Source: Candidatus Alkanophaga liquidiphilum
Lineage (GTDB): Archaea > Halobacteriota > Syntropharchaeia > Alkanophagales > B39-G2
Assembly: GCA_029259535.1 (NCBI GenBank)
Contig: JAPHEF010000001.1
Location: 87,399 to 139,128 of the forward strand
Direction: 5' to 3'
Length of the DNA stretch: 51,730 nucleotides
The position numbers and the translations under genes were made by a program. Positions 51,495 to 51,730 of the stretch are shown here, in pieces. The notes beneath the pieces are model-generated. The model saw nothing but the letters and a program-made list of their open reading frames with translations, made no database searches and had not been told where the DNA came from. The number at the start of each line of letters is the position of its first letter. Position 1 is the stretch's first letter.

Positions 51495-51730
51495 CTTAAC
51501 TTTTCGGTAAAATCTTAGACGAAGATTTTATGAAAGATTTGCCCACGTCCTTGTGAGTATGGGGGAGGTGCCCGTGCTAACTAAAGCCACGTCAAAGAGT
51601 AAGTCTTTAAGGACAACTATACTGATAGGGATCGTCAAACAGTTTAATCTCTCAGAAGGAAATAAACTTAATTGGTGAATTAGGGTTGGGGATGGGAAGC
51701 TTATAATTGTTGTGAGACCACTAAAGAAGG

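Overview
Archaeal chromosomal window (pheS, thermosome, Cgi121, intron-containing tRNA, HypB/HypD, beta-oxidation-type enzymes). The host is inferred to be an anaerobic, probably thermophilic euryarchaeote. The centre is a ~24 kb CRISPR island (10.4-34.5 kb). It has two inverted arrays (43 and 50 copies of one 30-bp repeat) that share an identical 443-bp leader/cas2-tail duplication. Between them lie a complete type I-D effector operon (cas10d with internal cas11d start, cas7d, cas5d, cas3'), cas4, a VapBC pair, cas1, an AT-rich type IV-C-like effector module (HD-Cas10-like, cas11, csf2, csf3) inserted between cas1 and cas2, csa3 and cas6. The most unusual signal is four separate 30-33-bp direct duplications, each flanking a 33-37-bp unique insert, which matches the geometry of one CRISPR unit. 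Three sit in a scrambled tatC/tatA pseudo-operon next to cas6 and one is out of register inside array 2. They look like fixed off-target Cas1-Cas2 spacer integrations. The flanks hold housekeeping, transport and metabolic genes, two tRNAs and decayed TnpB elements.
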